Positions 38,069-47,703 of a DNA stretch of 55,681 nt are shown here, one piece after another. The DNA is taken from the sequence record SRR2962707_5123. One strand, written 5' to 3'. The position numbers and the translations under genes are program-made. The notes beneath the pieces were generated by a model. The model worked only from the letters and a program-made list of their open reading frames with translations. It ran no database searches and had not been told where the DNA came from. Each line of letters starts with the position of its first letter. The stretch's first letter is position 1.

Positions 38069-38794
38069 TTAATATTTGCGCACGATTTTCCCGGAACCGT
38101 TTTGATTCTTAGTCACCTCATAGGTATTTCCTTTATGAAACAATGAGCCTGAACCATTCACGGTTGCAATAAGGTCTTGCGAAACAGTTAACTCCGCATC
38201 TCCACTGCCAGAAAGGACAGCCTTAGCTGAGGCTAATTCGAGTGGATACGATTCAATTTTTCCATATCCGGATAGATTTACATTAGCCTTTTCAGCGTAT
38301 CCTGATAACTTCATTAATCCACCGCCTGATAAGTTTAGATCAAGGACACCTCCTTTGAGATCAGCTTCCAATGATCCATTACCTGAAACGGCCAGCTTAA
38401 TTGAATCTAAAGCAATGGAATTATCAGTGATAATTTTACCATTACCATTCACATGCAGAGCTTTTATTTCTTTCATCGAAATGAAAAGATCCAGTTTGGG
38501 AGCAATTTTGATGTCATCGATTTGTTCCCAAATGCTTTTGTCTTTGTCGTCGCGTTTGACATTGACATAAAGAACACCATTCTTAACTTCAAAAGTGGTG
38601 ATGTCCAGCACTTCTTTAAGTGCGTTAGCCTTCAATTTGACCTCATTGGTTTGTTTAATGTGCACTGTATACCTGGCATTTATCTGAACACTATGAAACG
38701 GCTCGATAATCTCAATATCTTTGTTGAGAACCGGTGCCTGTCCATAGGATGAATAAAATAGCAGCGCAATGAGAAGTGATGTGATATATTTCAT
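38069..38794 (-). CDS. Head GIN-domain (DUF2807) protein
   Basis: Signal peptide; repeated x(S/N)G(S/N)G beta-solenoid units. Confidence 0.88.
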   Translation of the reverse strand: MKYITSLLIALLFYSSYGQAPVLNKDIEIIEPFHSVQINARYTVHIKQTNEVKLKANALKEVLDITTFEVKNGVLYVNVKRDDKDKSIWEQIDDIKIAPKLDLFISMKEIKALHVNGNGKIITDNSIALDSIKLAVSGNGSLEADLKGGVLDLNLSGGGLMKLSGYAEKANVNLSGYGKIESYPLELASAKAVLSGSGDAELTVSQDLIATVNGSGSLFHKGNTYEVTKNQNGSGKIVRKY

Positions 38795-39057
38795 AATGAT
38801 ATTTTTTAGTTAATGAAGCCCCAAAATCATTCCAATGGTGCGGAGCTCTTTAGAATTGGGATTTAATCAGGGAATGATTCTCAAAATGAGAATTTCAATT
38901 CCAATTTGGTAGTCATTGAACCATTGAAATGTCAAAATACCATTGACTTTCACCGATCAAATTCATCATTATTGCTAACTTCGAAGCTCGAAATTTTAGA
39001 GAAGTCAAACCCAATGGCTTCTTACTTGTTTTCATAATAAAAACACGCATAGATTAG

Positions 39058-39795
39058 ATGAAAATATTAGTTTGTATTACGCATGTGCCTGATACCACTT
39101 CGCGCATTGCTTTCACTGATGGGAATACCAAATTTGATAAAAACGGTGTTCAGTTCATTATTGGACCATACGATGATTATGCTCTTGCCAGAGCAGTGGA
39201 GTTGAAAGAACAAACAGGTGGAAGTATTACAGTTCTTAATGTTGGAGAAGCTGAGACAGAGCCTACCATCAGAAAAGCGCTTGCAATTGGAGCAGATGAC
39301 GCGATCCGTGTCAATGCCTTTCCTGAAGATGCTTTGTTTGTGGCCAAGCAAATTGCAGCAGCAGCCAACGAGGGAGGATATGACCTTATTCTGATGGGTA
39401 GAGAATCCATCGATTTCAATGGTGGTCAAGTGCATGGAATGGTAGGAGAGTTGCTTGGGATGCCATCAGTATCTCCGGTGATGACATTGGATATTGAAGG
39501 AACCAACGCCAAGATCACTCGAGAGATTGAAGGAGGTAAGGAGTATATGGAATTACCATTGCCTTTTGTAGCTGGATGTCAGGAGCCGATTGCAGAATGG
39601 AAAATTCCAAACATGAGAGGGATCATGAGTGCACGAACGAAACCTTTGGAAGTGAAAGATCCTACAGGTGATGCCCCTAAAACCACGGTGAGTGAGTTTG
39701 AATTACCACCAGCTAAAGGAGATGTGAAATTGATCGATCCGGATAACATGGATGAACTGGTAAACCTATTGAAGAACGAAGCAAAAGTGATATAA
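39058..39795 (+). CDS. etfB: Electron transfer flavoprotein beta subunit
   Basis: MKILVCI..VPDT, ALAIGADDA, GRESIDFNGGQ, REIEGG. Confidence 0.95.
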   Translation: MKILVCITHVPDTTSRIAFTDGNTKFDKNGVQFIIGPYDDYALARAVELKEQTGGSITVLNVGEAETEPTIRKALAIGADDAIRVNAFPEDALFVAKQIAAAANEGGYDLILMGRESIDFNGGQVHGMVGELLGMPSVSPVMTLDIEGTNAKITREIEGGKEYMELPLPFVAGCQEPIAEWKIPNMRGIMSARTKPLEVKDPTGDAPKTTVSEFELPPAKGDVKLIDPDNMDELVNLLKNEAKVI

Positions 39796-39797
39796 CT

Positions 39798-40739
39798 ATG
39801 GCAGCATTAGCATTTGTAGAAACAGACGAAGGAAACGTAAAGAAATCCTCATTAGAAGCAGTAAGCTACGCTCAAGCAGTAGCCGGAGATGTGACTGCCA
39901 TTGTATTTGGTTCGGTAAACGATACTGATGTAATTGGTAAGGCTGGAGCAAGCAAAATCTTACATGTAACAGATGATAAATTAGCGACTCCAAATATTAT
40001 GGCTTATTCATCTGCGCTTGCGGAAGCGATGAATCAGGAAGGCGCTGATTTACTGGTTATGGCGAAAAGCTCATTAGGAGACCCGGTTTCAGCCCGCGTT
40101 TCGATTAAAGTGGATGCTGCATTAGCATCAAATGTGAGCGAACTGCCAAATGGTTCTTCAGTCAAAAAGAGCATTTACACCGGTAAGGCGTATGCCAATA
40201 CAACGTTGGAGGGTAGCAAACACATTATTTCAATTAAGAAAAATGCCATTGCCATTAAGGAAGATGGGGGATCGGCAGAAGTTGTTGCATTTTCACCAAC
40301 AATTAATGATTCAGATTTCACGGTTAAAACAACCAAAGTAGAAAAAGCGGAGGGGGATATCTTATTGCCGGAAGCTGACTTGGTTGTTTCAGGAGGAAGA
40401 GGTTTGAAAGGACCTGAAAACTGGGGTATGATCGAGGAATTAGCCAAAACATTGGGTGCTGCAACTGGATGCAGTAAGCCCGTTTCTGATATGGATTGGC
40501 GACCTCACCATGAGCACGTAGGACAAACAGGAATCAAAGTAAGTCCTTCTTTGTATATAGCGGTGGGAATCTCGGGAGCTATTCAGCACCTTGCAGGAGT
40601 GAATTCATCTAAGTATATTCTGGTTATAAATAAAGATCCTGAAGCACCGTTTTTCAAAGCTGCTGACTATGGTGTAGTTGGTGATGCATTTGATGTGGTG
40701 CCTAAATTAACAGAAGCGATCAAGAAGGCACAGGGTTAA
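39798..40739 (+). CDS. etfA: Electron transfer flavoprotein alpha subunit
   Basis: VVSGGRG, VGQTG, LYIAVGISGAIQHLAG, INKDPEAPFF. Confidence 0.96.
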   Translation: MAALAFVETDEGNVKKSSLEAVSYAQAVAGDVTAIVFGSVNDTDVIGKAGASKILHVTDDKLATPNIMAYSSALAEAMNQEGADLLVMAKSSLGDPVSARVSIKVDAALASNVSELPNGSSVKKSIYTGKAYANTTLEGSKHIISIKKNAIAIKEDGGSAEVVAFSPTINDSDFTVKTTKVEKAEGDILLPEADLVVSGGRGLKGPENWGMIEELAKTLGAATGCSKPVSDMDWRPHHEHVGQTGIKVSPSLYIAVGISGAIQHLAGVNSSKYILVINKDPEAPFFKAADYGVVGDAFDVVPKLTEAIKKAQG

Positions 40740-41320
40740 TGGCCGGAGACAAAATAAAATTAGAGATTCTGGGACTGTCGTCAAGTCAGTCCCAGTCAGG
40801 CTCTTTCGCGTTAGTGCTTGGAGAGGTTGGTGGTAATCGTAGACTTCCGATTATCATTGGTATGTTTGAGGCGCAGGCCATAGCAATCGAAATTGAGAAG
40901 ATAGTGCCCAATCGACCCATGACTCACGATCTTTTTAAAGCCTTCTCCCTGAATTTTGAAATCAATATCAAAGAAGTCTATATATCAGACCTTAAGGAAG
41001 GAGTTTTCTTCGCCAGGATTATTTGTGAACATGAAGGGCAGACTTTTGAGATTGATTCCAGGCCTTCGGATGCTATTGCTATAGGCCTGAGGTTCAATGT
41101 GGATTTTTATACAAATGAAAATATTCTGACAGAGGCTGGAATTGTACTGACGGATGAATACGAGGAGGAAATGGCTCATGCGGAAGTTGACAAGCCTGAG
41201 AAAACCAATCTTGAAGATTTAAGCTCAGTTGAGCTTGAAAAGCTTCTTTCTGAAGCTTTGGATAAAGAAGATTACGAGAAAGCTGCCCGAATCAGGGATG
41301 TGCTTAATAAGCGAAACTAA
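40739..41320 (+). CDS. Bifunctional nuclease family (DUF151) protein with UVR domain
   Basis: LPIIIG.FEAQAI, RPMTHDL, DSRPSDAIA; C-terminal EDYEKAARIRD. Confidence 0.92.
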   Translation: MAGDKIKLEILGLSSSQSQSGSFALVLGEVGGNRRLPIIIGMFEAQAIAIEIEKIVPNRPMTHDLFKAFSLNFEINIKEVYISDLKEGVFFARIICEHEGQTFEIDSRPSDAIAIGLRFNVDFYTNENILTEAGIVLTDEYEEEMAHAEVDKPEKTNLEDLSSVELEKLLSEALDKEDYEKAARIRDVLNKRN

Positions 41321-41323
41321 CGT

Positions 41324-42637
41324 ATGGATTATCTAAGAGGTATTGCCGGATTGATCGGCCTTATATTCATCGCATGGGCATTATCCGGTAACCGAAAGAA
41401 GGTTGATTTCCGTCTTGTTGGGATTGGAATCTCCATTCAGATTGTCATTGGGCTTCTTATTGCCAATGTAGAGTTTATTAATCAACTCTTTTCCTGGGTT
41501 AGTGCCGGTTTTGTGCAGTTTTTGAATTTTGGGCTAAAGGGAGCTGAATTTCTCTATGGAGATCTTGCCAAAAACAGCAATGCCAACCCCAATGTCAATC
41601 ATAACCTTGGGTTCCTCTTTGTATTTCAAGCTTTACCTACTGTTATTTTCTTCTCAGCAGTAACTGCGGGTCTTTACTATTTGGGCCTTCTTCAAAAAAT
41701 TGTTTATGGTTTTGCCTGGATCATGGCTAAGACCATGAGACTATCAGGGGCGGAAAGCCTTTCAGCGGCAGGAAATATATTCTTAGGTCAAACAGAAGCT
41801 CCACTTTTGGTCAAGCCATTTATTAAAAATATGACCAACTCAGAGTTGAATTGTCTGATGACTGGGGGTATGGCAACCATTGCCGGTAGTGTGTTGGGGG
41901 CGTATGTTTCTTTCCTTGGAGGAGGTGATCCCGCTCAACAACAAATATTCGCAACTTATTTACTAAGCGCATCCATTATGAACGCGCCTGCAGCTATTGT
42001 AATGGCGAAGATATTCTTACCTGAAAATGAACCGGAAAAAATCGATTCCAGTCTATCTGTAAATAAGGAGAATATCGGTGTTAACCTGGTAGATGCATTG
42101 GCGGGAGGAGCTTCAGACGGGGTGAAATTAGCACTTAATATAGGAGCTATGCTACTAGCTTTTATTGCCGTCATTTATGCACTCAATTGGATTTTGGTGG
42201 ATGGAATCGGCGAATGGACAGGACTTAATGAATTTGTGGTGAACTCAACAAATGGAGCATTTGATGGATTTTCACTGCAGTATATACTTGGACAAGTGTT
42301 CCGTGCGTTTGCTTTCATTATGGGAGTGGAATGGTCCGAGACCATCAAGGTCGGAAGTTTATTAGGTCAAAAGACGGTAATTAATGAGTTTGTGGCTTAC
42401 TTAAGCCTGGCTGACATGAAAGCCAATGGTCTGCTTTCTAACAAATCAATCATTATATCGACTTACGCACTTTGCGGTTTTGCCAACTTCAGTTCTATTG
42501 CAATTCAGATTGGGGGAATTGGCGGAATGGCGCCCAATCGTCAATCGGATCTTTCGAGATTAGGATTCAGAGCATTGGTGGCAGCTACGCTAGCTACCAT
42601 GATGACAGCCACCATTGCGGGGGCTTTATTTAGTTAA
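41324..42637 (+). CDS. Concentrative nucleoside transporter (NupC/CNT family)
   Basis: NIFLGQTEAP, MATIAGSV, NEFVAY, ALCGFANFSSIAI. Confidence 0.94.
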   Translation: MDYLRGIAGLIGLIFIAWALSGNRKKVDFRLVGIGISIQIVIGLLIANVEFINQLFSWVSAGFVQFLNFGLKGAEFLYGDLAKNSNANPNVNHNLGFLFVFQALPTVIFFSAVTAGLYYLGLLQKIVYGFAWIMAKTMRLSGAESLSAAGNIFLGQTEAPLLVKPFIKNMTNSELNCLMTGGMATIAGSVLGAYVSFLGGGDPAQQQIFATYLLSASIMNAPAAIVMAKIFLPENEPEKIDSSLSVNKENIGVNLVDALAGGASDGVKLALNIGAMLLAFIAVIYALNWILVDGIGEWTGLNEFVVNSTNGAFDGFSLQYILGQVFRAFAFIMGVEWSETIKVGSLLGQKTVINEFVAYLSLADMKANGLLSNKSIIISTYALCGFANFSSIAIQIGGIGGMAPNRQSDLSRLGFRALVAATLATMMTATIAGALFS

Positions 42638-42651
42638 ACTGTATTAATAAT

Positions 42652-43521
42652 ATGAAAAGAAATTTGAGACATTTTGGAATGGTGCTTTTAGCAGCATGTT
42701 TAACTTTTCTTGCTGCTTGTAATAAAGATGAGGAGCTTTCATTCGAAGAGCAATTGGCAGCCGATTTATCCAGCATTGATGCTTATTTGGAATTCAATCA
42801 GATAAATGCGCTTATTCATGATTCTGAAATTCGATATATCATTAATGCCGAAGGAATGGGAGATGTGCCTGAAGTAGGTGATAGGATAGCTGTGAGGTAT
42901 GAAGGAGCGATTCTTAATGGTGATGTGGTTTTGCTATCAGAATATGGTGAAACGGTAACATTTTCGTCCAACATAATTAGCTCATGGCAATTTATGCTTC
43001 CTGAAATTCAAGAAGGCGGGGAGATTACCTTCTATTCTCCTTCAGGATATTGTTTTGGGAAATTTGGAAACGGAATCGTACCTCCCAATGCTAACATGAG
43101 TTTCAATATCGAATTGCTTGGAGTCATTGATGATGCAGAAGAACAATTTAAAATCGACACTACCATCATTGAGAGATATGTTGAAGGTGAAGAGCTTACT
43201 GCTGAAGTTCATACTTCAGGGATCAGATACATTATTGAAGAAGAGGGAACTGGTGAAAGTCCTGAGCTTACTGATAATGTGACTGTTAAATATGTTGGAT
43301 ACTTTATGAACGGAAATATTTTTGATCAGTCAGCAGCTGGGGTTCCATTTTCGATAGAAAACTTAATTGAAGCCTGGAAAATTATCATACCCGAAATGAA
43401 GGTAGGAGAAAAAAGAACTATTATGGCCCCTTCATCTCTGTGTTACGGAGCATCAGGGACACCAACAATTCCTCCACATACCAACCTCCTTTTTGATATT
43501 GAGCTCGTAAGCATAAATTAA
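42652..43521 (+). CDS. Lipoprotein with two FKBP-type PPIase domains
   Basis: Lipobox LAAC; duplicated IRYII..EG.G..P / V.Y.G / PS...(F/Y)G / PP...(M/L).F.IEL units. Confidence 0.9.
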   Translation: MKRNLRHFGMVLLAACLTFLAACNKDEELSFEEQLAADLSSIDAYLEFNQINALIHDSEIRYIINAEGMGDVPEVGDRIAVRYEGAILNGDVVLLSEYGETVTFSSNIISSWQFMLPEIQEGGEITFYSPSGYCFGKFGNGIVPPNANMSFNIELLGVIDDAEEQFKIDTTIIERYVEGEELTAEVHTSGIRYIIEEEGTGESPELTDNVTVKYVGYFMNGNIFDQSAAGVPFSIENLIEAWKIIIPEMKVGEKRTIMAPSSLCYGASGTPTIPPHTNLLFDIELVSIN

Positions 43522-43544
43522 GGTCACTTGTGAAACAAGTGACC
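43522..43544. terminator. Hairpin between convergent genes
   Basis: GGTCACTTGT-gaa-ACAAGTGACC perfect 10-bp stem; weak U-tracts. Confidence 0.65.
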
Positions 43545-43555
43545 CATTATAGATA

Positions 43556-44857
43556 TTAATTGAGCCTTACATCTATTTCGTACCCATTCACCTTAACGAT
43601 GAGTGGGTTTTCTTTTTTGGTTTTGGATAGCACTTCTATCTCCAGGTCATCCCCGTCTTTGATATACCTGCGAACATCAACCGAAGATTTGTCATATTCA
43701 ATTTTACCATACTTCACTTTACCACTTAGATTGAAAGATCGTTGTAATAGTCCAAAACTAGCATCAATGTACTTTCCATCTATGGTAATGGAACTGGCAC
43801 TACCTTCTATGTTGTCCACCTCAATTTCATCTTCGTAGGCATTTAATTCGATACTTGTTTGAAGCGTTCCAAAGTTGTGATTGCCATACTTGGAATTAGT
43901 GCTCTTAAAGCTTCCCAATATTCGAACATCAGTCTCATCTTCATAGGATTGGTCAAATTGAAGCATGGTAATCTGTTGTGCTTCTAATGTGCTGTATTTG
44001 CTATTCCTGAATCTGATGTTTCCAATGGTATTGCCTTCCAAATCCATTTCATAAAACTCTAGCTCGGCATCTTTCAACTCTCCCTCGATTTCAATTTCCC
44101 CGTATTTGTAATTTCCTGACAGGTTGTTGATTGAGCCGATTTTATAATCAGATTCATAAGAAACGGCATCTATACGATCTACTTCATCAATTTCAAGGTC
44201 AGAATACTTCGCATTGATTTCCAGTTTACCTAGTACTTTGATGTTCAATTTCTGCTCATAAATTTCCATTTCTGCTTCCCCAATTCGGTTGAATCGAGCT
44301 GAACCATATTTAAGATTTAAATCGGCTTTTTCAATACTTCCGGCTATCAAATCACCAGAGTATTGAGATAGCTCCACGTCATCGAATGCACCAATCATAC
44401 GTACATCACGATACGAATTTTTAATCATGTATCTATTCTTCGCAGGAGCCTTGATTTTGTAATCCATTTTCAGCTCATTTTCTGAATACCCAATAATAAT
44501 CCCAACTTTGGAAGAGCCAATTTGAACCTTGTTAGGCTCGTCAAGGTTGGTATCCACCAAAAGCTCACCTCCTCCATATCTGATATTATCCTTTACATGA
44601 TTTTCAAAGTTTTCAAGGAATTCCGTGATCTTGTCGGTCATTTTTCCATCATATCTGATGGTGGCAATTACCTCGACTTCATTCTTATCCCAGGTTTCTA
44701 TAACCAGGTCAGTATACTTAGCCTGTATATTGATTAGGTCATTCGCTGTAACCTTTGTAGTTACAGTGGCCGTACGGGTTTCTCCGTCGTTCTTGCTGGC
44801 ATTTACTCCCCATGTGAGGAGATTAAATGCTAATGCTATCAGTATTAGTCGTTTCAT
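43556..44857 (-). CDS. Exported beta-strand repeat protein (DUF4097-like)
   Basis: Signal peptide; repeated KY(G/S/T) and YE units; third gene of the ECF module. Confidence 0.75.
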   Translation of the reverse strand: MKRLILIALAFNLLTWGVNASKNDGETRTATVTTKVTANDLINIQAKYTDLVIETWDKNEVEVIATIRYDGKMTDKITEFLENFENHVKDNIRYGGGELLVDTNLDEPNKVQIGSSKVGIIIGYSENELKMDYKIKAPAKNRYMIKNSYRDVRMIGAFDDVELSQYSGDLIAGSIEKADLNLKYGSARFNRIGEAEMEIYEQKLNIKVLGKLEINAKYSDLEIDEVDRIDAVSYESDYKIGSINNLSGNYKYGEIEIEGELKDAELEFYEMDLEGNTIGNIRFRNSKYSTLEAQQITMLQFDQSYEDETDVRILGSFKSTNSKYGNHNFGTLQTSIELNAYEDEIEVDNIEGSASSITIDGKYIDASFGLLQRSFNLSGKVKYGKIEYDKSSVDVRRYIKDGDDLEIEVLSKTKKENPLIVKVNGYEIDVRLN

Positions 44858-45362
44858 TGTTTTCGAGTTTAGTCGTTCTTTCTATTTCAAGTTCTAACTT
44901 CTTGAGAAGCCTTATTTTCTTTTCGTAATAGTCAATCAATACGCCAACCAGTTGTTCTTCATTGATTTTACCTATGTCAGATCGATACATCGCATTGATT
45001 TCATCAAGCGTTTTTAGTTCATCAAAAATCCATGCATAATCGGCCTGGTTTTTAGCTTGTGTTATGGGTATCGAACTTTCTAATTGATTGATCTGAAGCT
45101 TATAGCCTTTTTCTACTTCCTGATATTCTTCAGACAGATCTCCAAGTGAAGCCAGTTCATCGACTTTGTTTTGAAGTGCGACGTTGTGAATCAGCAATCC
45201 AATTGAAATAGTAACGAATACCATGGCGGCCACTTTCCACCAGGAGAAAGAAGTGCTTTTTTCTTCTTTCCAATCAGCCTTGATTTTATCCCATAATTCG
45301 GGCGGAGCTTGCTCCACATCAAGCTTATCTTTTCTGCTCTTAATTAATTCTTCAATTCGCAT
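44823..45362 (-). CDS. Putative anti-sigma factor
   Basis: PPELWDKI N-domain, WWKVAA + TM helix, helical C-terminus; overlaps the sigma stop. Confidence 0.75.
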   Translation of the reverse strand: MRIEELIKSRKDKLDVEQAPPELWDKIKADWKEEKSTSFSWWKVAAMVFVTISIGLLIHNVALQNKVDELASLGDLSEEYQEVEKGYKLQINQLESSIPITQAKNQADYAWIFDELKTLDEINAMYRSDIGKINEEQLVGVLIDYYEKKIRLLKKLELEIERTTKLENNETTNTDSISI

Positions 45363-45882
45363 AATGATGCTCTAATTTTTTCTTTAATAATGCCTTTGCG
45401 TGCCTGAATTGGGTTTTGGAGGTTGATTCAGAGATATCCAATTGTTCAGCAATCTCTTTGTGCTTATAACCTTCGATCAAGTGAAGACATAAAACTGTCC
45501 TGCATCCATCAGGTAGTTCTTTGATTGCCGCATGAAGCGTTTGATCATCTATCAACGCATCATCTACCTGGTCTTCTTCTAAATCCTTAATCTCTTCTAC
45601 TTCTTCAAACACGTATTGTCTCTTTCTTACATGTTCCAATCCAGTATTTACTACAATTCGCTTAAGCCAGCCCCCAAAAGCCATAGGTTCATCAAGACTG
45701 TCAATCTTTTTAAACGCTTTCACAAATGCTTCCTGAAGAAGATCTTTAGCAACTTCAGTGTCGTTTGTCATTCTAATGAGTGTACTATACATGGCATTCG
45801 AATAACTATTGTAAAGGTTGAATGCCGCCAATTCATTCCCTTTCTTCAATTGATTAATCCACACTATTTGAGTTTCAGTCAC
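45352..45882 (-). CDS. ECF RNA polymerase sigma factor
   Basis: DLLQEAFVKAF, FGGWLKRIVVN, LPDGCRTV..L..IEGYKHKEIAEQL.ISESTSK; GTG start. Confidence 0.95.
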   Translation of the reverse strand: MTETQIVWINQLKKGNELAAFNLYNSYSNAMYSTLIRMTNDTEVAKDLLQEAFVKAFKKIDSLDEPMAFGGWLKRIVVNTGLEHVRKRQYVFEEVEEIKDLEEDQVDDALIDDQTLHAAIKELPDGCRTVLCLHLIEGYKHKEIAEQLDISESTSKTQFRHAKALLKKKLEHHYAN

Positions 45883-45907
45883 AGGTTATTGGCGTTTTCA
45901 ATGGTAG

Positions 45908-45933
45908 GATGGGATGTTTGATGAAAGGTTGTA
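45908..45933 (-). promoter_or_regulatory. Candidate ECF-type autoregulatory promoter
   Basis: Minus strand TACAACC-N15-CATC just upstream of the sigma gene. Confidence 0.5.
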
Positions 45934-45954
45934 TGAAAGTTAAAGTTTTAACAC

Positions 45955-45991
45955 AAAAAAACCCTGATACCGAAATACGGAACCAGGGTTT
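45955..45991 (-). terminator. Intrinsic terminator of pckA
   Basis: AAACCCTG...CAGGGTTT stem with inner CCG/CGG pair and a U-tract on the minus strand. Confidence 0.75.
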
Positions 45992-46010
45992 GGATTAGGG
46001 TCATTGTAAC

Positions 46011-47627
46011 CTAAACGTACTTATTGTTTTGTTTAGGTGCTCCTGCCATGATTTCATCATTGGCATATTCCTCGTACTTTTCGAAATTCTTCACAAATCG
46101 AGCAGCCAGATCATTGGCCTTTTTGTAGAATGCTTTGTCATCTTTCCATGTCTCTCTTGGGCTAAGGATCTCATTTGGAACGTTGGGGCAAGTCAATGGT
46201 ATTTCAGCGCCAAAAATAGAATGCGTTCTGTAACCCACGTGATCAAGCTTTCCTTCCAATGCTGCACTGATCATAGCTCGCGTATATTTTAGTTTGATAC
46301 GCTCACCAACACCATATTCTCCACCGGTCCAACCGGTGTTGATCAACCAAATCTTCACTTCATGCTCTTCCATTTTCTTACCTAGCATCTCTGCATATTT
46401 TGTTGGATGCAGCGGTAGGAAAGGAGCACCGAAACATGCAGAGAATACTGGTTCAGGTTCTGTTACTCCAGCCTCTGTTCCAGCCACCTTGGAAGTGTAT
46501 CCTGAAATGAAGTGATACATTGCCTGTCCTTTAGATAGACGTTGGATTGGAGGAATAATCCCGAATGCATCACAGGTTAGGAAGAAAATGTTTTTAGGAA
46601 TTCCACCAATTGATGGTTGTATGGCATTTCTAATATGATCGATCGGGTATGAAACGCGTGTGTTTTCAGTCTTAGATCCATCTGTATAATCCACTTCTCT
46701 TGATCCTTTCTTGAATACTGTGTTCTCAATGATTGCTCCGTATTTGATCGCATTCCAGATGTCTGGTTCTTTCTCCTCAGATAGATCGATGGCTTTTGCG
46801 TAGCATCCACCTTCGAAGTTGAAGACATTCTTGTCAGTCCAGCCATGCTCATCATCACCTATCAGTAAACGATCTGGATCAGCCGAAAGCGTAGTTTTAC
46901 CAGTTCCTGAAAGGCCAAAGAAGATTGCAGTATCCGTATGGTCTTTGCTCATGTTGGCAGAGCAGTGCATAGACAAGACATTGTCTTCGGTCGGAAGAGT
47001 GAAATTAAGAACAGAGAAAATTCCTTTTTTCATTTCACCCGAATACTCTGTGCCACCGATTAGGATCATTCGTTTTTTGAAGTTCACAAGAGCAAAGTTC
47101 TCTTGTCTTACTCCGTCAGTTTCCGGATTAGCAACAAATCCAGGGCAGTCAATAACAGTGAAATTCGGCTCAAATTCTTCCAGCTTGTAGCTCTCAGGCT
47201 GAAGGAACATGTTGTAAGTAAAAAGATTGTGCCATGCGAACGTGTTGATGAAACGAACCCTTAATCGGTGGGTCTTGTCAGCTCCGGCATACATGTCTCG
47301 GACATACACTTTTCTTTCCTCCAAATATCCCAACATCTTATTGTAGATTTTGTCAAAGTTCTCTTCCGAAATGGGTTGGTTTACATTACCCCACCATACG
47401 GTATCTTTAGTGATTTCATCTTCTACAATAAACTTGTCTTTCGGGGCTCTTCCGGTAAACTTACCAGTATCAACAGCGATAGCTCCTGTATCTGCCAGGT
47501 GACCTTCGCCATTCTTTAATGCTTCTTCAATAAGCTCTGATTGGGACATGTTCCAATGAGCTTGCTTTACTTTGATTCCAATGTTGGATAGATCGTTTTT
47601 CGTAGATTTTATGCCGAATTCTTGCAT
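46011..47627 (-). CDS. pckA: Phosphoenolpyruvate carboxykinase (ATP)
   Basis: YSGEMKKG, MHCSAN, FGLSGTGKTTLS, LIGDDEHGW, NFEGGCYAK, TENTR. Confidence 0.98.
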   Translation of the reverse strand: MQEFGIKSTKNDLSNIGIKVKQAHWNMSQSELIEEALKNGEGHLADTGAIAVDTGKFTGRAPKDKFIVEDEITKDTVWWGNVNQPISEENFDKIYNKMLGYLEERKVYVRDMYAGADKTHRLRVRFINTFAWHNLFTYNMFLQPESYKLEEFEPNFTVIDCPGFVANPETDGVRQENFALVNFKKRMILIGGTEYSGEMKKGIFSVLNFTLPTEDNVLSMHCSANMSKDHTDTAIFFGLSGTGKTTLSADPDRLLIGDDEHGWTDKNVFNFEGGCYAKAIDLSEEKEPDIWNAIKYGAIIENTVFKKGSREVDYTDGSKTENTRVSYPIDHIRNAIQPSIGGIPKNIFFLTCDAFGIIPPIQRLSKGQAMYHFISGYTSKVAGTEAGVTEPEPVFSACFGAPFLPLHPTKYAEMLGKKMEEHEVKIWLINTGWTGGEYGVGERIKLKYTRAMISAALEGKLDHVGYRTHSIFGAEIPLTCPNVPNEILSPRETWKDDKAFYKKANDLAARFVKNFEKYEEYANDEIMAGAPKQNNKYV

Positions 47628-47703
47628 CGTTTTGTTGGATGTTGATAATTAGATAAACCCTCAATAGGAAGGGACTCAAACGTTTGCGCGAAGTTACTTT
47701 AAC

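Noticed and set aside
38819-38836. Sigma-54-like TGGAATGATTTTGG ahead of the GIN gene
   Set aside because: It does not meet the GG-N10-GC consensus.
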